Translations under genes and position numbers: made by a program
Part shown: one piece after another, positions 29,528 through 38,236 of the stretch
How the letters are laid out: each line of letters starts with the position of its first letter
Position numbering within the stretch: position 1 is the first letter of the stretch
Assembly (NCBI GenBank): GCA_964441445.1
Contig: CAYTYO010000001.1
Span: 1-51,708, forward strand
DNA length: 51,708 nucleotides
From: an uncultured Gammaproteobacteria bacterium
GTDB lineage: Bacteria; Patescibacteriota; Microgenomatia; CAZETR01; Amesbacteraceae
Direction of reading: 5' to 3'
Notes under the pieces: generated by a model
Database searches by the model: none
Told to the model about the DNA's origin: nothing
What the model saw: the letters and a program-made list of their open reading frames with translations, nothing else

Positions 29528-31321
29528 TTAAGTGTCGGCGCCACCTGGTGTTGGGTTACTTGCTCCACCACTACCTAGGGTTCTTTTCGGCCTGGCCCCT
29601 TGACCACCAAGAGATGTATATCTATCATCAAGAGCTTTGTTTATAGATTCTCCGGCTTTTTGTCCGGCGGAGGTAAACTGACCGATAGTGTCCTTGACGG
29701 TATTTTCGATAAAGTTGCTGGGGTCATCAGATTTACAGAACATGTTCTTGATAGATGATACTATATTCGGAACCATAGACATAAAGCCGACGTAAATAAG
29801 GTATTGGAGGAAGAAGTTCCTTGGATATCCATTTTGGAAAATGGGAAGATCAAATCCAGAGCGAATATGGGGGCCGCCGGGAACGTTTTCAAAGCCGGCG
29901 AGAGTGACGTTGTCAAAAAGAAGTGAGATGAAGATAGAGAGAACAGCGTAGGAAACAAAGACAGAAGCGTTACCAATGATACACATAATCCATTTTTTAA
30001 ATCCACCCGTGGAAGTGGGGAGAATGTCCATAATAATCATAATCGGCCCGGCGATGGTCAATAAAATAAGAGATAGATACGCCACTATAAGTTGGCCGAT
30101 AATACGAGCCCAGAGGTAAACTGACCACATGAAGAAACCCATTATGATGCCCAATAGAGGGGCAACAACAGAAGCTGCACCTATTGTGACCCAGGCAGCA
30201 GCAATTGTGAGAACGATCGTAACAATTAATAGAATAATTGCGACCACTATGTACCAAAGTAAAAATCTGCCGACGAAGCTGAACGGTCCGGTCATGTCGG
30301 TGACGGCTGCATTGAGGTCATTTATCATAGTAAACCCGGTAACACCCTGAGCAAAGGAGATAAAGCCAAGCACAGCAACTATTACGACGTAAATCATGTC
30401 GATGACAAACCCGACGATGGCAAAAGAAAAGGTGACTAAAATAAGTGAAAGGACGAGGCGGGGAATGACCATTTGAATATTGACTGAAGCCTGAGCAGAT
30501 ATTTTTGTCCTAAATATTGTCATGAACCCAGCAACCACGAGAAGCACAACGCCAATAAGATAGGCAACGTTACGGGTGGCTATCCACAATCCACGGACGG
30601 TACCCATTCCCAGCTTCTCATAGCCTAACCCTTGGGCATAAGCCGGGGAAGCGATATCAAGTTTGCTGGCCATAAATTTCACTTCATCTACACCAGAGGC
30701 AATTTTGTCGGTAAAAATCCAACCTGGAATCTGGGCCATAACTGAGTATGTCTGCCCTATGAAACCATATTTAGGAAGAACACTGGGGATAATTGATGCC
30801 GTACCAAAACTGTTAACGGTTTCACCAGCTTCATTGATAGCATCAATAATTTCCGATATCATCTGGAACAACTCAAGGACATCATTGGCTCGAAGCGGCG
30901 GGAACAACATAACGACAAATGAGTTAAATATCCACTTAACCTGCGCATAGGTATATCTTTCGCCAAAAATTTCATCAGGGTTAGAGTCGTCAAACACCAG
31001 GCGGGCAAATTGTCTGGGGTCAGGGTCGTACCAAGGTTGCGGAGGAGGGGTGGAAAAAGCCACGCGGGCAATTTGATACACAACGGCTTCACAAAGGCTG
31101 ATATTGCCATCAAAGACAGTGTTGGTAATTAATCCCCCAAAAACGGAGCAGGTATATCGAGCTCCGGGCGGATCCCCAGGAGGGGAACCACTACAGTAAG
31201 GTTCTTCAGCGTTGGGGGGACACTGAGCCTGGACCGATTGAAGGGGTTTGACAAGAATGGACGAGAAAACGGTAACGAAAGTGAGCAAAAAAAGGAAGGC
31301 GGTTTTAGCAAACTTTTTCAT
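29528..31321 (-). CDS. Polytopic VirB6/TrbL-like membrane protein with signal peptide and a Cys-containing ectodomain of about 200 aa
   Basis: Signal peptide ending VQAQ, then at least 7 hydrophobic helices across aa 240-470 and a hydrophilic C-terminal tail. The call rests on topology and context only. Confidence 0.4.
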   Translation of the reverse strand: MKKFAKTAFLFLLTFVTVFSSILVKPLQSVQAQCPPNAEEPYCSGSPPGDPPGARYTCSVFGGLITNTVFDGNISLCEAVVYQIARVAFSTPPPQPWYDPDPRQFARLVFDDSNPDEIFGERYTYAQVKWIFNSFVVMLFPPLRANDVLELFQMISEIIDAINEAGETVNSFGTASIIPSVLPKYGFIGQTYSVMAQIPGWIFTDKIASGVDEVKFMASKLDIASPAYAQGLGYEKLGMGTVRGLWIATRNVAYLIGVVLLVVAGFMTIFRTKISAQASVNIQMVIPRLVLSLILVTFSFAIVGFVIDMIYVVIVAVLGFISFAQGVTGFTMINDLNAAVTDMTGPFSFVGRFLLWYIVVAIILLIVTIVLTIAAAWVTIGAASVVAPLLGIIMGFFMWSVYLWARIIGQLIVAYLSLILLTIAGPIMIIMDILPTSTGGFKKWIMCIIGNASVFVSYAVLSIFISLLFDNVTLAGFENVPGGPHIRSGFDLPIFQNGYPRNFFLQYLIYVGFMSMVPNIVSSIKNMFCKSDDPSNFIENTVKDTIGQFTSAGQKAGESINKALDDRYTSLGGQGARPKRTLGSGGASNPTPGGADT

Positions 31322-31376
31322 TTTGATATTTATACTTTAGTGCAACGGGTGTTAATAGGCAATATTGATTAGCTAG

Positions 31377-34300
31377 TTATGGAAAAGGAAAAGCGCAGCT
31401 GCCGCCGATCCAACCCCATTTTTGGATAAGGCCGTTAGCATAAACATCTGAAGCGGCAGTGGGGATACAAGAGTTTCCAACTAAAAACATGGCAGCAAAG
31501 ACCCTTGCCCCTCCATAGGTACTGATTGCGGAGGCACACATGGAACGGTAAGCATTTACTGTTTGAAGGAAGCCGGTTATTTGCTGATCGAAGTTGTTGG
31601 GCGTGCTATACGGGCCGACATGAATACCGAAATCTTCGACCGGTGTTGCCCATAAGTAATTGCTGGAGTCTGACTCGTTGAGCCAGATTAGTAGAGCCAG
31701 ACCCGGATTAACACCAGCTTCTCCGGCGCGAAAGACAACGTCGTTGTAACACAAAGCGGCGTGAGTTCCTTCTGGCATTGAGGTCCAATCTTCAGCAATA
31801 CGAATATAGTTGTCACGGTTAACACAGGCCGCGTTTTGTTCACCGATGGAGACGTTGCAATTTATACCTGCCGCGGATTGAGAAGCTGATCCGGTTGTCC
31901 AACCAACAAACCCGCGAGGACGCAGTAGACGTTGAAGATTAAGATTATCCGGGTTAGGCAAACCCAGAATATTATCAGCAAGACTGCCAACATGAGGGAA
32001 GTAGAGAGCACCACTTCCGCCTTCGCCCGCGGTATAAGAGGTATTGTCCAGATCATTTGTGGCGGCGGTGTAGGTCGAGACTGATGTGGCAGGAACGGTA
32101 TTTTCTCGACCCGATTTGAGGCTCCAAGAACTGGAAGCGGAGAGGGGGAGTTTGGGTAACCAGCGCTTGAGGAGCGACTGTGGATTGGTGACTAGCAAGT
32201 CATAAACTTTTTCAATAAGGGGAGTTTCAGTAAAAGGGTGGACACGAGCGGCCGAGCGCAGGTCAATAGTCGGCCAGCTGGGACAACTGCCCAAGGTATG
32301 TGGTTCCCAAGCACAGTATGGCTGTTGAGCGTTGCAATCAGTTTCGTTTCCGATAGCAGAACAGACAGTAGCATAGTTAGGGTCAGTAAAGGTACAGGTA
32401 AAAACTCCGGGTGGGCAAGTACCCCAACAACAATCACCGGTACCTATGCCATCACATTCATTTCCCTCCTCTACACACGAACCCCGATCGCGACAATTGC
32501 CCCGGGGCGGGTTGCAATTGCAATCAATAACCAATTGCGGAGTATATTGAAAGAGTTGGTAATAGGTGAGGGTGGCATTCACTTCTTGGCCGATAAGACT
32601 ATCAGCTTCATTGGTACGAGTGTCGTCGATGTCACATAAGGCATCTAACGGAACATATAATGGGGTAGGTGCTGGCTGGCCTTCCCGAACCGAGGTGTTG
32701 CGGATTAGGTGGCCTTCGGAATAAATGCGAAGATAACCGATTTGCCCCGCCACATCCTGAGCATTGTAAACCGGAACGCCGGGATTACGATCGTCTTCTC
32801 CCTGGACGATAGTACTGTCTGCGATTCCCTGATGTTCGGTAATTCTTTGTGAAACTAAATCGGGATCGTCGTATGAAAGTCCAGACCGATATTCAATGGG
32901 GATACCAGTGGGGCGGCGTGTTGGTGCGGGCGATACGGAGCTTGTGGGAATACACCAGTGCGGATTACTATTGGCGCAATCTTGTGGAGATCCAGAGTGG
33001 ACAGTACAAGCGTCATATGAAGTGTAACCCGGGCCACAGTTAGTAGCGTTAGGGTTTACGCTGCAAACAGATGTGCTGGTTTGGTATACACAGTCGAAGG
33101 TGTTCGATGGCGGAACAGCTGTGGGAGTTGGCCCGGTAGGAATACACCAATGGGGATTGCTATTGGAACAGTCGAGAGCGGAGGATGAATGAGGAGAACA
33201 AGCATCATATGTGGTGTATCCGGGTCCACAATTATTGGTGACGGGATTCACGGAACAAGAGTAAGTACTGGGGTTATATATACAACCAAAAGTATTAAAA
33301 GACTGAGATGGTATGGGCGTGGTGGGGATGCCAACGGGGGTGTGGAGGGCGTTAGCTAAACTGGATAAGGCTATTGCGGCACGAAGATGAGGAAAATATA
33401 GTCGGGAATCTGACCCGGTATTAATAGTTAAGCTCATGGAAAGGATTTGGCCGTTTATATCTGTTGGCTGCAGAGAGGGGATAAGACTAACAGTAAATTC
33501 GCCGGTAGTGTCTTCGAGCGAAGAAAACGGAACATAACGCATAATCCAATCGTCATTTTCGTCGACCGAATTTAAACGACGACGGGTGTTACTGGTAGCG
33601 CAGGACTCAGCTAAGTCGGTACGAAAAGCTTCAATAACTTGGCCGAGCCGGGCCAGATTAGACTGGCCAAGTTCAATAAAAGTGGAAAAGACATCGACAG
33701 ACCTGTTAATACCAATTTGGGCAAATACCAGAGCGACATTTGCTGCGGTAAAGTCGTCTTCGGGGAGGAAAGCCGATCTGATCAGGGCGCGGCCGACCAT
33801 CCAGAGACGGGAAATATCGTGTTCGGCTAAATCAAAAATTAAATTTGCCATAGCCAAGGGGCTAGTGACAAGAGCGTTAAAAAAGAAGCGAATAACTTCC
33901 CTGAGTGCGTTGATAATATACGCGGCGTCTATGTTTCTTTGACAAGCTACTAAATAGTTGTGATACATAGATCCCGGTCCCGTTTCAGCCATGGTAACTT
34001 TGAGCGGATCACGGAATTCTTTTGGATATAGCTTGTTAAGCGGTCCAGAAAAGGTGGTGATTTGTTTCCGGTCATCATTTTCATAATGAATGAGAGGTTG
34101 CTGACTAGATTGATAAACAGTGCCGTTTAAATACCAACTGAGGTAGCCGTTTACTTTGTCGGCGTCGACCAGCTCATCCTGAGTGTTGCCGGAGAACGGT
34201 AATTCAACTGAGGACAAATCAAAATGAGTGTTCCAGGTAATCCTCTGAACAAAACAAACAGCGTTGTGGTCATTTGAACAACGGAAATAATCTGTTCTAC

Positions 34301-34712
34301 CATCGGCGTCAAGTTGTTGACGGATTTCAGCGTCAGCGAGGGGGTTTGCGGGCATGATATCCATATTGCAGATATTCATTACATCATCCGCCGGAGTGGT
34401 GCCAACGACGTTTAATGATTTGGCACATTTATAAGTGATGTATTTATTTTCCGGGTCAACGGAGAGGGGGGCTTCAGGATCTTTTTTAGGGATTAACGGA
34501 TCACACGGGTTGCCAGGATATGGGCGAAGTGGGTGAAATTCACTTCCACCGCCAGTGGTGGAAGCACAGGGAAAATTGAAGGGGTGCGGCCAAGGGGGTT
34601 GAACGTAGCTTTGGTAAGAACGAGAACTAGCTGCGGTGGGAGTTTGGGCTTGGACAAAGGAAGGAAAAAAGAGAAGAATCAGGGTAAAAAATACAGAAAA
34701 AAAAGTGGGCAT
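31377..34712 (-). CDS. 1111-aa secreted Cys-rich protein (candidate pilus-associated adhesin or tip protein)
   Basis: Signal peptide ...SFVQAQ. Two tandem 64-aa six-Cys modules. A knottin-like Cys cluster (CNCNPPRGNCRDRGSCVEEGNECDGIGTGDCCWGTCPPG). Follows the pilin array by 24 nt. Confidence 0.7.
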   Translation of the reverse strand: MPTFFSVFFTLILLFFPSFVQAQTPTAASSRSYQSYVQPPWPHPFNFPCASTTGGGSEFHPLRPYPGNPCDPLIPKKDPEAPLSVDPENKYITYKCAKSLNVVGTTPADDVMNICNMDIMPANPLADAEIRQQLDADGRTDYFRCSNDHNAVCFVQRITWNTHFDLSSVELPFSGNTQDELVDADKVNGYLSWYLNGTVYQSSQQPLIHYENDDRKQITTFSGPLNKLYPKEFRDPLKVTMAETGPGSMYHNYLVACQRNIDAAYIINALREVIRFFFNALVTSPLAMANLIFDLAEHDISRLWMVGRALIRSAFLPEDDFTAANVALVFAQIGINRSVDVFSTFIELGQSNLARLGQVIEAFRTDLAESCATSNTRRRLNSVDENDDWIMRYVPFSSLEDTTGEFTVSLIPSLQPTDINGQILSMSLTINTGSDSRLYFPHLRAAIALSSLANALHTPVGIPTTPIPSQSFNTFGCIYNPSTYSCSVNPVTNNCGPGYTTYDACSPHSSSALDCSNSNPHWCIPTGPTPTAVPPSNTFDCVYQTSTSVCSVNPNATNCGPGYTSYDACTVHSGSPQDCANSNPHWCIPTSSVSPAPTRRPTGIPIEYRSGLSYDDPDLVSQRITEHQGIADSTIVQGEDDRNPGVPVYNAQDVAGQIGYLRIYSEGHLIRNTSVREGQPAPTPLYVPLDALCDIDDTRTNEADSLIGQEVNATLTYYQLFQYTPQLVIDCNCNPPRGNCRDRGSCVEEGNECDGIGTGDCCWGTCPPGVFTCTFTDPNYATVCSAIGNETDCNAQQPYCAWEPHTLGSCPSWPTIDLRSAARVHPFTETPLIEKVYDLLVTNPQSLLKRWLPKLPLSASSSWSLKSGRENTVPATSVSTYTAATNDLDNTSYTAGEGGSGALYFPHVGSLADNILGLPNPDNLNLQRLLRPRGFVGWTTGSASQSAAGINCNVSIGEQNAACVNRDNYIRIAEDWTSMPEGTHAALCYNDVVFRAGEAGVNPGLALLIWLNESDSSNYLWATPVEDFGIHVGPYSTPNNFDQQITGFLQTVNAYRSMCASAISTYGGARVFAAMFLVGNSCIPTAASDVYANGLIQKWGWIGGSCAFPFP
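32946..33296 (-). repeat. Tandem duplication inside the 1111-aa gene (two copies, 192-nt / 64-aa period)
   Basis: NTFGCIYNPSTYSCSVNPVTNNCGPGYTTYDACSPHSSSALDCSNSNPHWCIP versus NTFDCVYQTSTSVCSVNPNATNCGPGYTSYDACTVHSGSPQDCANSNPHWCIP. Confidence 0.85.
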
Positions 34713-34736
34713 GGAATCATTGTAGCAGAGGATAAA

Positions 34737-35105
34737 TTATATACATGCTCCTGCCTGGCGATTGATACAGATATCAAATACAGTGACATTGATCCCCAAG
34801 AATGTGCCGATTAAGCCAAGAATAACCCAGGCGGAGAGAGAAATGATTAAACCACCCAGGGCATAGGTGAGTGTTTGCTGTGCTAATGTGGTGGCTTGTT
34901 TATCGGCACCTGCTGATAAGTAACGGTAACCGCCATAAAGCAGCATGCCGAGCGAAGCTAAGGAAATAAGCGGAATTATGATACGAAGAAGGTTAGAAAA
35001 TATCGCATTCAAATCCTCGATTTCTGCAGGAGGGGCATCGTTTTGGGCGTGGGCGGAGTTGGCTAATAAAAAAAAGAAGGTAAATATATACGAGAAAATA
35101 GACAT
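34737..35105 (-). CDS. VirB2/TrbC-like T4SS pilin paralog 12 (122 aa)
   Basis: Signal peptide ...SAHAQ. Two helices flank LLYGGYRYLSAGADKQATTLAQQTLTYALGGLIISL. Confidence 0.65.
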   Translation of the reverse strand: MSIFSYIFTFFFLLANSAHAQNDAPPAEIEDLNAIFSNLLRIIIPLISLASLGMLLYGGYRYLSAGADKQATTLAQQTLTYALGGLIISLSAWVILGLIGTFLGINVTVFDICINRQAGACI

Positions 35106-35131
35106 GGTGTTGATTTGATATTAGTTTAATA

Positions 35132-35161
35132 AAACAATCCCGGCAAGAGCCGGGATTGTTT
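35132..35161 (-). terminator. Rho-independent terminator after pilin paralog 11
   Basis: Minus strand AAACAATCCCGGC-TCTT-GCCGGGATTGTTT, followed by TATT. Starts 18 nt after the stop codon at 35180-35182. Confidence 0.65.
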
Positions 35162-35179
35162 GTCGATCGGACTTGACGG

Positions 35180-35605
35180 TTACTCGGTGCCAATCGTTTG
35201 CAGATTGACTTGAATAAGGTCGACGCCGAACAAAACTCTGATGATATACAGCAGAGCATAAGCTGAGAAGACGATGGCCAAACCGATTAAGGCCGCAGTA
35301 ATCTTTTTGCGGGCTTTTTCAGTACCTTCTTTATCTCCTCCGGCCAAGATCCATTGCAGACCACCCCAAAGCAAAACAACGAAGGAAATCACTCCAGCAA
35401 CACCCAACATGATATTAAGAATGGTTCTTAACATGTCAGACGGGGTGAAAGCGGTTAGAGGGGCGAAATCTTCGGAAATGTTAGCGATTGAGGCTTGGTC
35501 CCCACCATCAATAGACTGGAGTTCAACCTGGGCTAAAACATTTGCGGGATGAGCTATAAATGGAATTGCAGCAACGACTGAGGAAGCAATTTTTTTAAAG
35601 TTCAT
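35180..35605 (-). CDS. VirB2/TrbC-like T4SS pilin paralog 11 (141 aa), candidate major pilin
   Basis: Signal peptide ...NVLAQ. Core LLWGGLQWILAGGDKEGTEKARKKITAALIGLAIVF. Has its own promoter, SD (GGAGGTGA) and terminator. Confidence 0.7.
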   Translation of the reverse strand: MNFKKIASSVVAAIPFIAHPANVLAQVELQSIDGGDQASIANISEDFAPLTAFTPSDMLRTILNIMLGVAGVISFVVLLWGGLQWILAGGDKEGTEKARKKITAALIGLAIVFSAYALLYIIRVLFGVDLIQVNLQTIGTE

Positions 35606-35635
35606 AATTTGATCCTCACCTCCATTTCAGGAGAA

Positions 35636-35646
35636 AGTATAGCACA
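35636..35646 (-). promoter_or_regulatory. Extended -10 promoter element TGTGCTATACT upstream of pilin paralog 11
   Basis: Read on the minus strand, 30 nt upstream of the ATG at 35605. Close to the TGTGCTATATT 11-mer seen at 45745 and 50203. Confidence 0.5.
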
Positions 35647-35662
35647 AATGGCCAGGGGAGCT

Positions 35663-36052
35663 CTAATTTCCGAGGTTGGCAATTCGGAATTCCAAGAGAT
35701 CTACTTGGAATAGCGCGCGGAGAATAAAGACAATGGCGTAGGCTGAAAAGACGATGGCCAATCCGGTCAAGGCAAAGATGATTTTTTTGCGGGCTTTTTC
35801 CGCGGCGTCTTTGTCACCGCCGGAAGTAATCCACTGAAATCCTCCCAGGAGCAGGAAAATGAAAGCGGCAACACCCGATCCTCCGAGCAACCAAAGAATG
35901 GATGTGCGGACATACTGACCAGGGCGAAGGTTGTAAAGATTGGTAAATGGTGATGCGGGATCCTGAAGATTGATAACGCTTTGAGCTGAAGCTTTACCCA
36001 CTGAAATTAGGAGGGCAAAAATAAAGAAAAAAAGCGTTTTTATTTTTGACAT
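35663..36052 (-). CDS. VirB2/TrbC-like T4SS pilin paralog 10 (129 aa)
   Basis: Signal peptide ...KASAQ. Core LLLGGFQWITSGGDKDAAEKARKKIIFALTGLAIVF. Confidence 0.7.
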   Translation of the reverse strand: MSKIKTLFFFIFALLISVGKASAQSVINLQDPASPFTNLYNLRPGQYVRTSILWLLGGSGVAAFIFLLLGGFQWITSGGDKDAAEKARKKIIFALTGLAIVFSAYAIVFILRALFQVDLLEFRIANLGN

Positions 36053-36098
36053 GGGCTGGTTTTTAGTTTAGCGGAAGTATCTTCCGGTTACAAGTTAA

Positions 36099-36749
36099 TT
36101 AGGGGCAGGCGTAAGAGCAGGTGATGGGTGGACAGCTGGTACTGCCAGTCGGATCACTCCACCCAGAGCTAGTGCAAGAGTGACACTGGCCGTCGTCTCC
36201 CAAACCAATTTGGCCGAGACTGGCGCATTGCATGGGTTCGGTATTGCACGGACAAGGACCACCTTGAGTGCTGGGGGTAGGTTGAGGATCGGGGTTTGAG
36301 GTAGGATTAGGACCTGGGCCAGGTCCTGGTCCGCCTCCACCTCCTCCGCCGCTGGCGTTTTGACCAAGTGGAGAAAGAATGATCCTAATGGGATCGATGC
36401 CGAAAAAGGTTCTAACCGCAAAGAAAATTGCATAAATCGAGAAAACGAGAATAAGACCAAGTAAAGCGTTGGCAATTATTTTCCGGGCTTTTTCGGCCAC
36501 ATCTTTGTCGCCGCCGGAAGTAACCCACCTGATGCCGCCGATAAGAAGAAAAATTAAAGAAGCTACACCGGCGATGCCTAAAAGTGAATTAAGAATAGTA
36601 CGAACATATTGGGAAGGAGTGATGTCCTGAAGAGTTTGAAAGTTGACGTTGGCAGTGGTAATTCCGACCTGATCAGTTTGAGCGACAACCGAGGAGATGC
36701 CGGCAAACAAAAAAGTAAGTATAAATGCGACACCAAACAGTTTTGGCAT
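36099..36749 (-). CDS. VirB2/TrbC-like pilin paralog 9 with Gly/Pro linker and Cys-rich C-terminal knot (216 aa)
   Basis: Core LLIGGIRWVTSGGDKDVAEKARKIIANALLGLILVF, then GGGGGGPGPGPGPNP...PCPCNTEPMQCASLG...CHSCTSSGWSDPTGSTSCPPITCSYACP. Confidence 0.7.
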   Translation of the reverse strand: MPKLFGVAFILTFLFAGISSVVAQTDQVGITTANVNFQTLQDITPSQYVRTILNSLLGIAGVASLIFLLIGGIRWVTSGGDKDVAEKARKIIANALLGLILVFSIYAIFFAVRTFFGIDPIRIILSPLGQNASGGGGGGGPGPGPGPNPTSNPDPQPTPSTQGGPCPCNTEPMQCASLGQIGLGDDGQCHSCTSSGWSDPTGSTSCPPITCSYACP

Positions 36750-36752
36750 AGA

Positions 36753-37079
36753 TCAGGTTCCCAGCGGGCCAATGTTAAAGCCGATCAGATCGACATTGAA
36801 GAGGACGCGGAGAATAAACAGGATGGCGTAGGCCGAAAAGACAACCGCCAAACCAATCAAAGCGTTAATAATTTTTTTGCGGGCTTTTTCAACAGCATCC
36901 TTGTCGCTACCGGCAGTAATCCACTGAACTCCACCCCAAAGCAAGAAGATAAAGGAACCAACGCCAGCTGCCCCAAGAAGAAGATTAATTGCAGTAGTGA
37001 CGTAAGAAGATGGGGTAATATCACCCAAAAAATCATATCTGGCGTCTCCTGTAACTATAGTGACTAAGTTTTCGTCCAT
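36753..37079 (-). CDS. VirB2/TrbC-like pilin paralog 8 (108 aa, no N-terminal signal peptide)
   Basis: Core LLWGGVQWITAGSDKDAVEKARKKIINALIGLAVVF. Starts MDENLVTIV. Confidence 0.65.
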   Translation of the reverse strand: MDENLVTIVTGDARYDFLGDITPSSYVTTAINLLLGAAGVGSFIFLLWGGVQWITAGSDKDAVEKARKKIINALIGLAVVFSAYAILFILRVLFNVDLIGFNIGPLGT

Positions 37080-37082
37080 TTT

Positions 37083-37472
37083 TTACGGATAAGGTGGGGC
37101 GGCCGGACCTCCGCCGCTTTCTAATTGGGGGAAATTAAATTGAGTTAGGGAAATTCCAAAGACCGTACCCACGACCCAGGCAACGGCATAGACTGAGAGC
37201 AAGAGGATGATGCCTATGACAGCATTGCGAATTTTGGCGGTAGCTTTTTGGACTGATTCCTTGTCTCCTCCGGCTGAGATGTATTGGTAACCGGCAATAA
37301 GGAGGTTGATGAAAAAATATATGCCCCCAATACCAAGTGCTGTAGTAATAATGTTGCGAAGCAAGAGTTGGACCATGACACTGGGGGCGGTGCCACCGTC
37401 GGCAGCGTCGGCCGCATTTCCGATTTGGGCATTAATGACAGGGTTGATTATTTGAAATAGGGAGAAAAACAT
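37083..37472 (-). CDS. VirB2/TrbC-like pilin paralog 7 (129 aa)
   Basis: Short leader ...VINAQ. Core LLIAGYQYISAGGDKESVQKATAKIRNAVIGIILLL. Confidence 0.65.
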   Translation of the reverse strand: MFFSLFQIINPVINAQIGNAADAADGGTAPSVMVQLLLRNIITTALGIGGIYFFINLLIAGYQYISAGGDKESVQKATAKIRNAVIGIILLLSVYAVAWVVGTVFGISLTQFNFPQLESGGGPAAPPYP

Positions 37473-37476
37473 AATA

Positions 37477-37860
37477 TTAAGGGTTAGGATTTACTATACG
37501 AGCAAATGTAACATGGAAGTTGAATATATCTAAACCAAAGAAACTACCCATTAATCCGAGTAGGGCATACGAAGCCACGATTACAAGCAATCCGAGTACG
37601 GAAAAAATCAATCGTTTCTGGGAACTTTGAACGGTCGCCTTTTCACCCGAAGCACCGATCCATTGGAGGCCGGCAATAATAATCTGAAACAGAAACCACA
37701 GGGCACCAATAATAGTAAGCAGCCCAATCAGACTGGAGATAAGCACTTCTGTGCGAGTGAAGGCATAGTAATAGTTATCAGGACCTCTTTCAAAGTTGCC
37801 CAACGGGCCATATGAATTTATGCTGCCGAGGGGGACTGCCTGAGCGAGAAAATCTCTCAT
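37477..37860 (-). CDS. VirB2/TrbC-like pilin paralog 6 (127 aa, no signal peptide)
   Basis: Core IIIAGLQWIGASGEKATVQSSQKRLIFSVLGLLVIV. Its start overlaps the upstream gene by 4 nt. Confidence 0.6.
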   Translation of the reverse strand: MRDFLAQAVPLGSINSYGPLGNFERGPDNYYYAFTRTEVLISSLIGLLTIIGALWFLFQIIIAGLQWIGASGEKATVQSSQKRLIFSVLGLLVIVASYALLGLMGSFFGLDIFNFHVTFARIVNPNP

Positions 37861-38228
37861 GGAGTTACTGTTTGCGGGCCATAAATAACAGGGTTAATAA
37901 GCAGATCCCAACCATCGGGACCAAAGATGACAAAGCCCATAAGGCCACCAATAAGGATCGAACCAGCGACAATGAGCAAACCGAGAAAAGATCTCCAAAT
38001 GCGATCATGTGCGTTTTGAACTTTTTTGGCGTCTCCTTGGGCACTAAGATAGCCGAAGCCAGCAAGTACCAAATTAAGCAACGTGTAGAGACCGGCGATG
38101 ACGACTGCAAATCTGATTAGTGAGGTGAAAAGGACAATCAGTCCGCCGCCGGTATCGGTTTGGTATCCGGCGGTACCAGGGGACAGAATTGTAAAGGGAT
38201 TATTAATAGTGCCAAAACTTCCGCCCAT
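37857..38228 (-). CDS. VirB2/TrbC-like pilin paralog 5 (123 aa, no signal peptide)
   Basis: Core LVLAGFGYLSAQGDAKKVQNAHDRIWRSFLGLLIVA. Confidence 0.6.
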   Translation of the reverse strand: MGGSFGTINNPFTILSPGTAGYQTDTGGGLIVLFTSLIRFAVVIAGLYTLLNLVLAGFGYLSAQGDAKKVQNAHDRIWRSFLGLLIVAGSILIGGLMGFVIFGPDGWDLLINPVIYGPQTVTP

Positions 38229-38236
38229 TGTGTTAT

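Noticed and set aside
31377-31800. C-terminal region of the 1111-aa protein as a lytic transglycosylase (LIWLNESDSSNY resembles the SLT E-S motif)
   Set aside because: Only one short motif matches. The downstream SLT motifs are not recognisable by eye, so this is left as a speculation and not called.
36095-36475. 126-aa alternative-frame ORF on the same strand as the 216-aa pilin
   Set aside because: It lies in the GC-rich Gly/Pro/Cys tail region, where all frames stay open. The pilin frame is supported by homology to its 11 siblings.
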